From Octopus vulgaris (taxonomy: Eukaryota), in NCBI GenBank assembly GCA_951406725.2, contig OX597841.1, positions 14,880,001 to 14,944,000 of the forward strand: a DNA stretch of 64,000 bases. The letters run 5' to 3'. Each line of letters opens with the position of its first letter. Positions within the stretch are counted from its first letter, which is position 1. Below, piece after piece: positions 1 to 17,610 of this stretch. The translations under genes were made by a program, and so were the position numbers. The notes beneath the pieces were generated by a model. The model searched no databases. It was not told the DNA's origin and saw nothing but the letters and a program-made list of their open reading frames with translations.

Positions 1-461
<461 letters not shown>

Positions 462-1159
462 CAATAAGAAAATGGAGGGGATCAATAGGTGGTTCATCAA
501 TTTTATATCAAGACATTATATTATGTCAACTTATCTATTTATTTACTAAAATTACAATTACAAGAATATACATACATGTATAACATGTTATGTTTTACAT
601 ATAAAATATATAAAGATACCAGTAATTATTAAAATATATAACATACAGGAAGTAAATGTATGTATCTATATATATATTCTTTTATTCTTTTTACTTGTTT
701 CAGTATTATACTAACTATATCTATTCTGAATCCTGTATTTTCCGTTTATAAGACTACACGTGTTGCATGAAAGTTCGTCGGTGTTTATTAGATACGAGGT
801 ATCTAGTTTCAATATTTAAATTTTCACTCCTTAAATGTTTAATATTCAGTTATTATTTTTTTGGTATTATTTGTATTTCTATTCATTTGTATATGTTAAG
901 TAAGATTATATTGAAGATACATAGTATCATGGAGGTATATAAGAGGTAGGGGTAGTGAAAACTGTTGAGGAATCCAGACCTGAAGATTGGGAGTATGTCG
1001 ACCCGAGTAAGTATTGAAACTAGATACCTCGTATCTAATCAATACCGACGTACTTTCACGAAACACGCGTAGTCTTATAAACGGAAAATACGATATTCAG
1101 AATAGATATAGTTAGTATAAGATTTAATTTTTAACATGTTATGGAGTGATGGGCATAAA

Positions 1160-1234
<75 letters not shown>

Positions 1235-1336
1235 GATTGATATTTTATCCTAATTTATTAGTATTTTGGTAGCATGGCACGCTTTAGAATATTTATGAAA
1301 TTTTGGTCGCTTATATTAACCTTTTTCATAAACATA

Positions 1337-1924
1337 AAGAGTGTTTCAAAAAATTTTGATATCATTTCGCAATGTAATAACTTTGCCAGTTGTTGATCGA
1401 ATGATTTCAAATTTTAACATCATGTGTAGAGTCAGGTCAAAATTTCATGTTTGATGTTTGATATGTTTATCTTTCCAGGTATAGAAATGACATTCACTGG
1501 AAAGAGAAAAGGCGTTTTGTGTGTTGGAGTATGCTAACGAAATCCTACAAGTTGCAGCTTGTTCAGGCCATAACGGCAGAGGACAAGCGAAAGCGGAAAC
1601 ATGGGGGGGGGTATGTGAAGGGCCTGGTCTATGTCCTCTCTCTTCCTGCAAACCTAGAGGAATTCGAGCAGGGAATCGCTACCGCACTGAAGACTGTTAC
1701 CCAAGACATGCTGTAGCGTGTTTGGGAGGAGTTGGACTACCGACTTGTCGTCTGCCGCGTCTCAGGCGGTGCACTTATTGAACATTTGTGAAATCATTCA
1801 CGACGGAATCCACAGACCTTTGAATTTCTCATTCAAATTTGGAGGAATAAATCTTATGTTGCTTAACATTAAGCCTGTTTACTTTCATTTGCTTTGACTT
1901 TGTAATTATGATATAAACACTCTG
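1337..1924 (+). mobile_element. internally deleted Tc1/mariner-type DNA transposon
   Basis: Transposase N-terminus (..EREKAFCVLEYA) fused to a C-terminal relic (GYVKGLVYV..LPANLEE....IATALKTVTQDML*RVWEELDYRL.VCRVSGG). Degenerate TIR-like ends AGAGTGTTT / AAACACTCTG followed by TA. Confidence 0.65.
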
Positions 1925-1989
<65 letters not shown>

Positions 1990-3007
1990 CCTCGTGTGTA
2001 CCGTTGGCGATTTTTTTTCCCTCTGTCTTCTCTTCTCTGGATCTTTCCTTCTCCTATGTTTCCGACGAAGAGCTCCACTCGAAACGTTAAACCCTCCTTC
2101 TTTCCTGAGCGTCCAATAATACTATATTTGTTCCACGTCCTCACGTTGTTGTGTTTTCTTGTTTGGATTAACTATATATATATCTTTACTCTTTTACTTG
2201 TTTCAGTCATTTCACCGCCTTTAGTTGAGCAAATCGACCCCAGCACTTATTCTTTGTAAGCCTAGTACTTATTCTATCGGTGTCTTTTGCCGAACCGTTA
2301 AGTTACGGGAACGTAAACACACCAGCATCGGTTGTCAAGCGATGTTGGGGGACAAACACAGACACACAAACATATACACACGCATATACATATATTCATA
2401 TATATATACGACGGGCTTCTTTCAGTTTCCGTCTACCAAATCCACTCACAAGGCTTCGGTCGGCCCGAGGCTATAGTAGAAGACACTTGCCCAAGGTGCC
2501 ACGCAGTGGGACTGAACCCGGAACCAAGTGGTTGGTAAGCAAGCTACTTACCCCACAGCCACTCTCTCTCTCTCTCTGTCTCTCTCTCTCTCCCTATCTA
2601 TCTCTATTTATATCTAACTAATAAGCTAGATGGATGCGTGTGTGTATGTAGGCGATTTCATATTTGACATATCGAGTCGAAAAACATCGGTTATTCGGTG
2701 TAATCTTAATATTCAACAAACAAGCGCGAAGCCGATAAAAGTTCAGTTAAAATGACTGAACGGAAAAAGAATTTTTTTAATGTAAATATCGTCTGAACAG
2801 TAATGGCGGCGAAGTTAGTTTGCAAGTGAACTGTGGCAAAGTGGAGCAGTGTTTTGGTCTTATTAAACGCCTTCAGCGAAACGTATCGTCCACGTTTGAC
2901 TGAACGAAGAGTACAGAGAAGTTGTTAGGTAACTAATTAAGAATATGAATGCTATTACTAAACAGAGCGTTCTGCATACTAAAACACTAAATCCGGCAGA
3001 GTGTCTT

Positions 3008-3095
<88 letters not shown>

Positions 3096-4279
3096 CCTAT
3101 CTATTTACCTATCTATATATCTATCTATATACACACATATATGTGTGTATATATGTATATGTATTTATACACGTAACACACTCTCACACATTCACATTAC
3201 ACACACACACACACATACACACCCACTTATGATTATTAAGTAAGAAAATAAAGAGATTTAACGGATAGAAATTAATTTATTAATTAATAAACATTTCCTA
3301 CAATGGTTTCAATTCACACCCAATACAATTTACAGAACGTATATAATAATATAAGTTTGCACTTAAAGATCTTGAGTGAAATATCTTCAAGGCAAAGGGC
3401 ATTACGGAGTTCGCATGATTCACTGGTGATCTAAACGAATAGGTACTCTGAGTAGGTGCTATAAATGGATTTCCGTTCGGTTCCAAGTTCAGGGCTGAAG
3501 CTGAAGTTACGGATCAGTAGTAAGCTCCCTAAATAGCAGGTATATATTATATTAGAGGAAGAAGGACAACAAAAACCAAAGCAGGACGAGTATCTCAAGT
3601 GATTTAGGGAATTTAATTAGAGTAAGTTGAATTTGAAGTAATTAATTAATTAATAAGTTAATTATTGGATGCCTTACAGCTGTTTCTGGGATATCCTAAG
3701 TGAAAAACTAGCGTGTTCGTACACTGGGTATTCCGTCATTAGAGACGAGATGAGTATGTATGAAAGTTGTAGACATGGAATTCTCAATTTATAAAGGAAT
3801 GAAATAGAAGAAAGAAGAATAAAGTGTAAAACAGAATATGGAAGAATACAGACAGACACACAAACACACGCATATACATATATATATATATATACGACGG
3901 GCTTCTTTCAGTTTCCGTCAATCAAATCCACTCACAAGGCTTTGGTCGGCCCGAGGCTATAGTAGAAGACACTTGCCCAAGGTGCCACGCAGTGGGACTG
4001 AACCCGGAACCATGTGGCTGGTAAGCAAGCTACTTACCACACAGCCTCTCCGATACACCCCCCCCCCACATATATATATATAAATGCATGTGTATCGTTG
4101 GCGATTTTTTCCCTCCGTCTTCCCTTCCTTGGATCTTTCCTGTTTCTATGCTTCTGACGAAGAGCTCCGGCTCGAAACGTTAAATCCTCCTTCTTTCTTT
4201 CCTTTCCTGAGCGTCCAATAATACTATACTTGTTCAACGTCCTCGCGTTGTTATGCTTTCTCTTTGTTCTTGTTTGGAT

Positions 4280-4339
<60 letters not shown>

Positions 4340-4561
4340 ATCCAAACAAGAAAACACAGAAAAAAACACAGCAACGCGAGGACGTGGAACAATTAAAGTA
4401 TTATTTGACGCTCAGGAAAGAAGGGAAGAAGGAGGATTTAACGTTTCGAGTGGAGCTCTTCGTCGGAAACAAGGAGAAGGAAAGATCCCGAGAAGGGAAG
4501 ACAAAGGAAAAAAATATTTTTGCTGGTGGTGCTCAAGAGATCACACACACACACACACACA

Positions 4562-4632
<71 letters not shown>

Positions 4633-4962
4633 CACGCACACAACCTGCCACGAACCGGAAAGTGTGTAGATAAATCATTTACTTATACAATAACGAACAG
4701 ACTCTTTTGTTTTGCTTTTCGTCTCTTTATTGAGTCATTTCTGAAGTGAAAGAGAACTTTGTCTACAACAGCGGGGGACACGAGTTCTCTTCGTAGGTTT
4801 TCTCTTTCGATACATATGAATGCACAAAGTGTTTTAAAAAAAAAACTATAATTACCTCATGCACTTTAAATTTTTATTGCCTGTTATTCATGTTTTTGTA
4901 TGCATGAATACATACATGTAATACTTACATACTTACACAGGCACACATACATACATGCACAC

Positions 4963-5058
<96 letters not shown>

Positions 5059-5074
5059 GTCTGTCTGTCTGTCC

Positions 5075-5150
<76 letters not shown>

Positions 5151-5183
5151 GTCTGTCAGTCTGTCTGTCTGTCTATCTATCTA

Positions 5184-5220
<37 letters not shown>

Positions 5221-5279
5221 ATGTCTATATGTCTATCTATCTCTCTGTCTGTCTGACTGTCTGTCTATCTATCTGTCTG

Positions 5280-5391
<112 letters not shown>

Positions 5392-5866
5392 CCAATCTAT
5401 CTATCTATCACGAGCTCCTCCTCCGATGTCGACAACTCGTATTCGCTAATATCCGAATATACAAAGTTAGCCGAGGAATACTCGGCCATGTCTCACAGAG
5501 AGAAAGCACAACCGCTGCAAAAAGCGATAACAACTCAGCCTTAAAAGCTCCAAGCAATCAAACCGGACACACGCTAATTCTTAATTGCCCAGAAGGGGAC
5601 AACATAGAGGGGACAACACAAATGTGGGGACACATAACACGAAAAAATAGATTAAATAAAATGAAAATTTTAAATAAAACGTATGATAATATGTAGGCGT
5701 AGGAGTGACTGTGTGGTAAGTAGCTTGCTTACCAACCACATCGTTCTGGGTTCAGTCCCACTGCCTGGCAGCTTGGGCAAGTGTCTTCTACTATAGCCTC
5801 GGGCCGATCAAAGCCTTGTGAGTGGATTTGGTAGACGGAAACTGAAAGAAGCTCGTCGTAAATATG

Positions 5867-5931
<65 letters not shown>

Positions 5932-6229
5932 CACCTCTGTATTCCATTATTGTTTTTTGCCTTTTATATTCGTCCTTTTTGCTGTCCCGGTGTTCGTATG
6001 CATTCGATCCTTCTTCCAGGAAATCTACGCTCCCAGCTTAGTTTTTCTAATGCTCGTTGCTTAGTTTTTCTTAGAGGGCTGGCCGGATCTAGTAATCTCA
6101 AGATTAATCAGCCGAAATTACTACGATGATCCGGTTCTTGACTGAGGGTTTCGAATGTCCTGTCCGTGTTTATTGTATCGTCTTCTAAGAGTTATACGTT
6201 CTTGTCCATGTTGTATTTTTCTACATACC

Positions 6230-6272
<43 letters not shown>

Positions 6273-6433
6273 TAGAGAAAAAACCACTATTAGGCAAATC
6301 AAACAGTGAAAAACATAAACCAAAACATAGAAATAAAATTAATTAATATAATATACAAAAAATATAAAATTCAAAATTTAAATTATTTAAATTTAAAGTT
6401 AAAAATTGAAAAATAATTAATTTATATTTATAA

Positions 6434-6473
<40 letters not shown>

Positions 6474-6796
6474 TTATTTATTTTTATTTTTAATTTTTAA
6501 TTAATTAATTTATTTGTTTATTTTATATATATATATGTGTGTGTGTGTATGTGGTTGTCTGTGTGTGTTTGTCTCCCAACATCGCTTGACAACCGATGCT
6601 GTTGTGTTTACGTCTCCGTACCTAAGCGGCTCGGCAAAAGAGACCGATAGAATAAGTACTAAGCTTACAAAGAATAAGTCCTGGGGTCTTTTAATCTTTT
6701 AATCGTCTGATAAAACTTTTTTAGCCGGTGGACATTTATTTTATTTCATTTTTATCTTTATTTTATATTTGTCTGTTAGGTTTTTTTGGTACTCTT

Positions 6797-7183
6797 ATAC
6801 TCTTTTACTTGGTTCAGTCATTTGACTGCGGCCATGCTGGAGCACCGCCTTTAGTCGAGCAAATTGACCCCGGGACTTATTCTTTGTAAGCCCAGTACTT
6901 ATTCTATCGGTTTCTTTTGCCGAACCGCCAAGTGACGGGAACGTAAACACACCAGCATCGGTTGTCAAGCAGACACACAAACATATACACACACACTTAT
7001 ATATATATATACATATATACGACGGGCTTCTTTCAGTTTCCGGCTACCAAATCCACTCACAAGGCATTGGTCGGCCCGGGGCTATAGCAGAAGACACTTG
7101 CCCAAGGTGCCACGCAGTGGGACTGAACCCGGAACCATGTGGTTGGTTAGCAAGCTACTTACCACACAGCCACTCCTGCGCCT
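6797..7183 (-). mobile_element. tRNA-derived SINE, family 1 (representative full copy)
   Basis: Head AGGCGCAGGAGTGGCTGTGTGG..GGTTCAGTCCC (A/B boxes), internal (TA)n(TG)n, tail GAAACAAGTAAAAGAG-like. Other copies at about 2186-2562, 3855-4047, 5695-5860, 11955-12238, 17177-17610, 19221-19548, 24853-25297, 29400-29833, 32960-33127, 43041-43405, 51590-52000, 57208-57478 and 59978-60382. Confidence 0.8.
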
Positions 7184-7339
7184 GGTAGTTTATGAATTTT
7201 TAGTCGTGTGCATTTAACTTTTTCTTAGGTCGTCCTATTTGTATTTTATTCCATTACATACTTTTACCTTTTTTTCTTCTGTTTTTAGTTTCAGGTCGGA
7301 GCTGCGGCCATGCTGATGCACCGCCGTTTTTGATGGCCG

Positions 7340-7714
7340 ACCACTACGCTTATCAGCTTCAAGACTCTCGCAACCGCTACGAAATTTCTTGAACCACCAT
7401 TGTGCTGTACGTTCATTAGTGGTTCCTGGGCCAAACGCATCGTTGATATCGCGAGCTGTTTTAGCAGCTTTTCAGCCTAGCTTGAACTGGAATATAAAAA
7501 TTGTGCGAATTTGCTTTTTGTCCATGTTGTATTCAACGTTCTGAAAAAAATGGCCTAATTATTCAAAAAGAAAAAGAGTAACACGATTAGGTAGAGCGAA
7601 AAAAGGGCTTTAAAATGATATATTAAAGTCAAAGTAATTTAACGAAAATTAATTTGAAAATACTTAATTTAAAACCAAAATGAAAAATTCCGCAAGAACT
7701 TTCTTGACACCCTA
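7340..7714 (-). mobile_element. mariner 5' fragment
   Basis: Minus strand from 7525 reads MDKKQIRTIFIFQFKLG*KAAKTARDINDAFGPGTTNERTAQWWFKKFRSG, a mariner N-terminal HTH. TIR-like TTAGGGTGTCAAGAAAGTTC at the end. Confidence 0.75.
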
Positions 7715-7715
7715 A

Positions 7716-9783
<2,068 letters not shown>

Positions 9784-9915
9784 TGAGAGAATATTATTCC
9801 AATCTTACAGGGAAAAATTCAATTTAGAAATACAAAATCAAATTTCACAAAATATAATATAATATGATATAATATAATATAATATAATATAATATAATAT
9901 AATATAATATAATAT

Positions 9916-9978
<63 letters not shown>

Positions 9979-10590
9979 AACCCACCTTTTATCAATTCAA
10001 TAATGAAAAATTACATTATACCATTTAGAAAAATTACATCTTATCGAATGCTAAAACATATAACAATGATTAAGTAATGTGGAAAATAATAAATAAAACA
10101 TACGATGTAATTTTTCTAAATGATATAATTTAATTTTTCATTATTGAATTGATTAAAGGTGGGGTTTTTCTTTTCTAATCTATTTATATATATAAAGAGT
10201 AAACATGTTATGTTTTTTTCTTTTACTTTCTGACGCCAAACTTCATACGTAATGGCACGACTTTTTAATGAGAAAAGATGTTTTTTTTTTACTTTCAGAA
10301 GAATTAACACAAAAGGACAGTCGAAGGCAATAACCCCTTTGACAAGAGTACAAAAACAACGAAATTTATGGACCCTATCGTTTGTCATTGTTTCTTTTGT
10401 TGTTGCTGTTTTCGTCATAGACAATGGTGCCAGGCCCTGATTCATTCTTGACATTCACTCATGAACGAAAAAGGACTTCGAGATAAACACCTTGGCTCTT
10501 TATTTTCCTGTGGTTAGCAAAGATCACGAACGCGCCCTCTTTCGTTGCTATTTTAAACTCTCTGCTTGATAGGATCAACATCCGTGATGA

Positions 10591-10662
<72 letters not shown>

Positions 10663-10863
10663 TTAGACAGATAGATAGATAGATATAGTTTTATCAACAA
10701 ACAATGTACAGCTCGAACAGTTCAGGCCAGAAAACATTCAAAACAAAAGATAATGATCGTTTTGTTTTCCTGAAGCTTTGTTTCTTCTTTATTCGTGTAA
10801 AAAACAAGGGGAAGTCTAAGCTAGGATGGTCTATGAATAAGCGAGAGGTTTTGTTCTTCTGAC

Positions 10864-10935
10864 TATAAATACAAGTACGGTACTGCGCTGCTAATTAGAA
10901 GCAGTTCGCTGAAGACACAGATTGAAGTTGACTTG
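10864..10935 (+). promoter_or_regulatory. TATA box and putative non-coding exon 1 of copy 1
   Basis: TATAAATA at 10864, Inr-like GCAGTT at 10901, strong donor TTG|GTAAGT after 10935. The region is conserved almost base for base in copy 2 (44653-44724). Confidence 0.6.
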
Positions 10936-12813
10936 GTAAGTTGATTTTACGTTTAACCGTATACCCACCCGACTTAGTCCTTTTCTCACCCCATTCCGAT
11001 TTTTGTTTATTCCTAACTTTGAGGGAAAATTGTTATTTTTTTAATGAAATTTTCTAAGAAATATTTCGTTTTTGGGATTTGGTTTGCAAAGATTCTTTAT
11101 GTGAGTTCGTGTGTTGAAGCATATTCTGTTGTGTCTGGGGAGAGTCATTTTATTTTTGTGCCTTATTATTTAACACACTCACCGGTAAAATTTACACTTT
11201 TTTCTTATTTTTCTTTTCCTAAAATTTTCGAGAGTCAAGACTATTGAAAAGGTTGCAAGACGCAACGAAAATTTTAGAAAATAATAATAAGAAAAAAGTG
11301 TAAATTTTACCGGTGAGTGTGTTTCTAAGAAATATATTTGAGATAGTTTAAGCTTCGATTATATATTTCTTTACTACCCACAACACAAGGGGCTAAACAT
11401 AGAGTGGACAAACAAGGACAAAGGGATTAAGTCGATTACATCGACCCCAGTGCGAAACTGGTACTTTATTTATCGACCCCGAAAGGATGAAAGGTAAAGT
11501 CGACCTCGGCGGAATTTTAACAGATATATTTACCAAAATTACATAAAAAATATCTTGAAATACTAAAGATTAAATTTATTCAATAAAATCGCCATTGGCT
11601 TCAACCACGGTCTCTGGTTGATTCAATGCCTGACCGTATAAAAGCGGCAACTGGTGCTAAAGGAGGGTCAACCAGATATTAAAACTAATGTATACTGTGA
11701 AATGTACCATATTCGCCCATGTGTACGAGTTTCTTTAACATTGAGATAGCAGAATTTGAACTCAGAACGCAAAGACAGACGAAATACCGCAAAGCATTTC
11801 GCCCGGCGTTCTAAAGTTTCTGCCAACTCGCCGCCTTCGATTATATGGGAATTTGTGGCGGAAAAAAACAAAAAAAAAAAAACGGAGACGATATTCGGAA
11901 ACTTGACTTGTCTCGAATTTGTTTCCTCCTATCTTCCCCCTCCACAAAATGGACACAGGAGTGGCTGTGTGGTAAGTAGCTTGCTTACCAACCACATGGT
12001 TCCGGGTTCAGTCCCACTGCGTGGCATCTTGGGCAAGTGTCTTCTGCTATAGCCCCGGGCCGACCAATGCCTTGTGAGAGGATTTGGTAGACGGAAACTG
12101 AAAAGAAGCCCGTCGTATATATGTATATATGTATGTCTGTGTGTCTGTGTTTGTCCTTCTAGTATTGCTTGACAACCGATGCTGGTGTGTTTATGTCCCC
12201 GTCACTTAGCGGTTCGGCAGAAGAGACTGATAGAATAAGAGAAGCTTCGGAACATTGACACGCCTCAATTTTTTTTTTAACATAATTTTCTGAAAAAAAA
12301 TTGGATATTTTAAATATTTTCTAGAAATATCTTTAGGAGAAAGTAGATTCCGATTATATCAGAATTTAATATGGTTATTTCTGTAAGGAAATTCTCTACG
12401 AACACCTTTCAGATAGCGTAGATTTCGATTATGCAGAAATTTGTGGCATCAAATTGAGTCATCTCGACTTTGTTTCCTCATAACTTTCAGAAAAATTAAA
12501 TATGTTTTAATGAAATCTTTTACAAATACCATGTAGTGTAAATTACAGTTATATCGGAATCTGTTTGTGAAAAAAAAAAAAAAGAAAAAAAGAAAGGAAA
12601 AATTCGGAGTGGATAGCTTTGAAAAAAAAGGAGCTACATATAATTCGAACACATTGATTTTGTTTCCTCATAACTTTCAGGAAAATAGGTATTTTTTAAT
12701 GAAATATTCTTCAAATATCTTCCAAATGATGTAGACCCCGATTACATCGGAATTTACTGTGAAAAATATATGAACTGGTCAGTGGGAACACGTACATACC
12801 GCCACATGTTACA

Positions 12814-12863
<50 letters not shown>

Positions 12864-13716
12864 GGTACCGGGTTGAGTCGGGGTTAACCACAGTAAATAA
12901 GGTACTCAATACATAGCAGAGTAAATTAATTTATTTTATAGAAGGAGCTTCTACAGGACTAGAACTGTTTCATTCAAATGAAATCATCAGGAAGCTGGCT
13001 GTCAAAATAAGGTCTGGTATTTATACCAGACCTAAATCTGCCTAAAGGTATAAATACCAGACCTTATTTTGACAGCCAGCTTCCTGATGATTTCATTTGA
13101 ATGAAACAGTACTAGTCCTGTAGAAGCTCCTTCTATAAAATATATATATATATATATACTCTCTTTTACTTGTTTCAGTCATTTGATTGCGGCCATGCTG
13201 GAGCACCGCCTTTATTATTATTATTGTATATATAACATAATGCAAACGTGGCTTAGTGGTTAGGGGTGTCAGCATCATGATCGTAAGATTGTGGTTTCGA
13301 TTCCTGGACCGGGCGACGCGTTGTGTTCTTGAGTAACGCTGTCCAGCCATCCTTGGTGTTCACCTGGAGCAGCTGTAAACTCCGAGTACCTGCTCAGTTC
13401 TTCATCTAACCTCATCATTACTTGCCATTCCATATACTCTGGATATACTCATTTCCCCCCCGCCCCCTTAATAGATGTTGTCTTATTGACAAAATGCAGT
13501 ACTCAAAGGCCGTCTGATAAAACTCCGAGTTTCGGATGCCGAGGTGGAAATCCACGCTGCCATTTCTTCAGTTATCCGGCCATCGGAAAAATACTATGAA
13601 AAAAAAAAGAGTTTTATCATGGCTACCGAATAATTGTCGCATATTACATTTACAGATAAATTCCTCATTTTACATAATATCGAGGTCTCTTTTATTCTTT
13701 TGTTGTCTTACCATTT

Positions 13717-13800
<84 letters not shown>

Positions 13801-13983
13801 CTATTATTCATTTTTTTCTCCCCCCCCCCTTTTTTAACCCCTCCCTTTTTTTTTGTCCTTTTTCTTTCCTTTTACGATCCCTTTTGATCGAATCAACCAC
13901 TCTCCTTTTTTTTATCCCCAAAAGAAAAGCTCTACCTTGTAATTTGTTCTATCTGTGTGCAGCCCTGTGTGGCTAATAAAGAA

Positions 13984-14045
<62 letters not shown>

Positions 14046-14086
14046 TTATCTATGTATGTATGTATGTATGTATGTATGTATGTATG

Positions 14087-14137
<51 letters not shown>

Positions 14138-14290
14138 ATTTAATTTTATTTCTATGTTTTGGTTTGTGTTTTTCACTGTTTGATTTGCCTAATAGTGGTT
14201 TTATCTCTAATTTAATATATATATATTTATACTGTAAAATTAGATTTAATCCTAAATCTAATTTTTCCCTGTAAGTTTGGATTTACTCCC

Positions 14291-14406
<116 letters not shown>

Positions 14407-15000
14407 TTATGAGAGGTGATAGTGTCAAGAAGACCCAAAGGTGTCAAATAATACTCAGTAAGTGCTATGGACAGGAATTATGCGATTAGGATGCCGGAAA
14501 TAACATCCACATCTTTTGTGCTTGGTAATGAAATGTATACAAGAGGAAGTTAAGGGGAAACCGGAAGGGAGCCGGCTAAAGTATGTTGTTTATTCAGGAA
14601 ACTTATCTTTATGGCAGATAAAACGCCAACTTCAATTATATCGTTGTAATCTGACAATATTATATCAAACCCAGCTCTGGACGTGTGTGTGGTGTGTGTG
14701 TGTGTGTGCGATAAGAATCTGTGCGTCGAACAAAACTATGTTTCTTGTACATAACCTTTTTGTATATCTCGTATTTAACTTTGATAATAATAATGAAGGT
14801 TTAAAGTTTTGCCCCAAGGGCAGCCGCTTTGGCGGGTTGGGGGTGGGGGGAAAGGAAGGATTAAGTCGATTGCGTCGACTCCAGTGCGTAACTGGTACTT
14901 AATTTATCGACCCCGAAAAGATTAAAGGCAAAGTCGACCTCGGCGGAATTTGAACTCAGAACTTCGTCCAGCGTGTTAACGATTCTGTCATCTCGATGCC

Positions 15001-15002
<2 letters not shown>

Positions 15003-15070
<68 letters not shown>

Positions 15071-15206
15071 TAATAATCATAATAATAATAATAATGATGA
15101 TAATAATAATAATAATGATGATAATGATAATAATAATAATGATGATGATGATAATAATAATAATGATGATAATAATAATAATGATGATAATAATAATAAT
15201 AATAAC

Positions 15207-15237
<31 letters not shown>

Positions 15238-15281
15238 GTAATAATAATGATGATGATGATGATGATGATAATAATAATAAT

Positions 15282-15345
<64 letters not shown>

Positions 15346-15350
15346 GTATT

Positions 15351-15381
<31 letters not shown>

Positions 15382-15427
15382 GTAATAATAATGATGATGA
15401 TGATGATGATAATAATGATAATAATGA
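15003..15427 (+). repeat. (AAT/GAT)n microsatellite
   Basis: Direct inspection; counterpart at 51136-51442. Confidence 0.95.
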
Positions 15428-15811
15428 TTTCTTTATTAACCTCAAGGAGTTTACATTAAGGAAAACATTATGGATAGTAAGAGGACAAAACAAAGAATGT
15501 GTGTGTTGTTGTTGTTGTGAGGGTTTGTGTGTGAACAAGACCAACAAATTTGTTTTTTTTTTTCAAATCAACAATGCTTGATTCTTAATAGGGATGAGAC
15601 GTTTGAGAGCTGCTCACGGAAAAAACCCATGCAAACCCCCCCCCCAAAAAACCATACGTACTTTTGGTGTAATTGCCTTATTCTTTTCAACCACAGGCGT
15701 ATGCTCAGGGCAGGTCCATTCCCCCGCACCGTTCTCGCCGCTTTCATCCATCTTTCAGCAAACTGATTAAAGACAACACTGTGGAGGCGCAATGGCCCAG
15801 TGGTTATAATG

Positions 15812-15951
<140 letters not shown>

Positions 15952-15972
15952 AATAATAATTATTATTATTAC

Positions 15973-16015
<43 letters not shown>

Positions 16016-16036
16016 AATAATAATTATTATTATTAC

Positions 16037-16074
<38 letters not shown>

Positions 16075-16085
16075 ATTATTATTAC

Positions 16086-16119
<34 letters not shown>

Positions 16120-16124
16120 AATTA

Positions 16125-16205
<81 letters not shown>

Positions 16206-16544
16206 TTTCGATTCCCAGACCGGGCGTTGTGAGTGTTTATTGAGCGAAAACACCTAAAAGCTCCACGACGCTCCGGCAGGGGATGGTGGTGATCCCTGCT
16301 GTACTCTTTCGCCACAACTTTCTCTCACTCTTTCATCCTGTTTCTGTTGTACCTGTATTTCAAAGGGCCGGCCTTGTCCCTCTCTGTGTCACGCTGAATA
16401 TCCCCGAGAACTACGTTAAGGGTACACGTGTCTGTGGAATACTCAGCCACTTACACGTTAATTTCACGAGCAGGTTGTTCCGTTGATTCGGATCAACCGG
16501 AACCCTCGTCGTCGTAACCGACGGAGTGCTTCCCCATATAAAGA

Positions 16545-16800
16545 CAACACTGCCCTCTCTACCCTTATTTCTTTGTTTCAAGTGAAACTTGAAGTTGATC
16601 AGGGATTGGCGAAGGAGAAAAGTGTTGGTCTTCAGCCCCTTCAATCTCGTGCGAGAGATTCAAAATAAAGGCACCTACCTTCTCTTCGCCCTGATGGAGA
16701 CCCTTCAGTGGTAACGGATCCTTCGACACAGCCCCGACCCGAACGCTAAAGATAGCAGCTGCTTCACCCAAACCTTAGCAACGTGTTCACCCGTCTTAAC
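16545..16800 (-). mobile_element. L1/Tx1-like LINE 3' relic
   Basis: Frameshifted KGLKTNTFL..QSLINFKFHLKQ..IRVERAVLS resembles an ORF2 C-terminus. Confidence 0.35.
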
Positions 16801-17176
16801 ACGCCGACGACACTCGTTCGAAAAGGCAGAAATCGCCGCTCGCTGCGCGCACCTGACGGCTGCCCTTCCGTTCAACCCCAGTTCCGGTCAGCTCCCCAGC
16901 TGCTGACGTCATCCCACACCTTTTTTGCCATGGCCACCAGGCATGTAAACACAGCCTTACCTTCTCGGTTAAAAGACGACGGATTCAGTTGACGATCGGA
17001 TACGTATCACAAGTCAAGGGAAACAGACTAGAGAAAGTCTTACGTCAATGTTCCGCACCAGTTACTCTTGGGGGTGCTTGAGAGCACTCAGTGTGAATGA
17101 GAAGGAAAATAGCTCTTTTGGAAAGAACATTCGGTGTATGTGGAGTTGAACGAACCCGAGCAAATACATACATACA

Positions 17177-17379
17177 TACTCTTTTACTTGTTTCAGTCAT
17201 TTGACTGCGGCCATGCTGCAGCACCGCCTTTAGTCGAGCAAATCGACCCCGGGACTTATTCTTTGTAAGCCCAGTACTTATTATATCGGTCTCTTTTGCC
17301 GAACCGCTTAGTGACGGTGACGTAAACACACCAGCATCGGTTGTTTAGCAATGCTAGGGGGACAAACACAGACACACAA

Positions 17380-17446
<67 letters not shown>

Positions 17447-17610
17447 CGACAGGCTTCATTCAGTTTCCATCTACCAAATCCACTCACAAGACATTGGTTG
17501 GCCCGGGGCTATAGCAGAAGACACTTGCCCAAGATGCCGCGCTGTGGGACTGAACCCGGAACCATGTGATTGGTTAGCAAGCTGCTTACCACACAGCCAC
17601 TCCTACGCCT
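17177..17610 (-). mobile_element. SINE family 1
   Basis: Full-length copy, as 6797-7183. Confidence 0.8.

Noticed and set aside
3298-3530. Possible coding fragment on the minus strand
   Set aside because: No recognisable motif or splice-consistent partner; probably decayed repeat.
13076-13128. Functional hammerhead in the 96-bp hairpin
   Set aside because: Core boxes are present but stem I does not pair directly after the GUC, and the sequence would be sequestered in the long hairpin.
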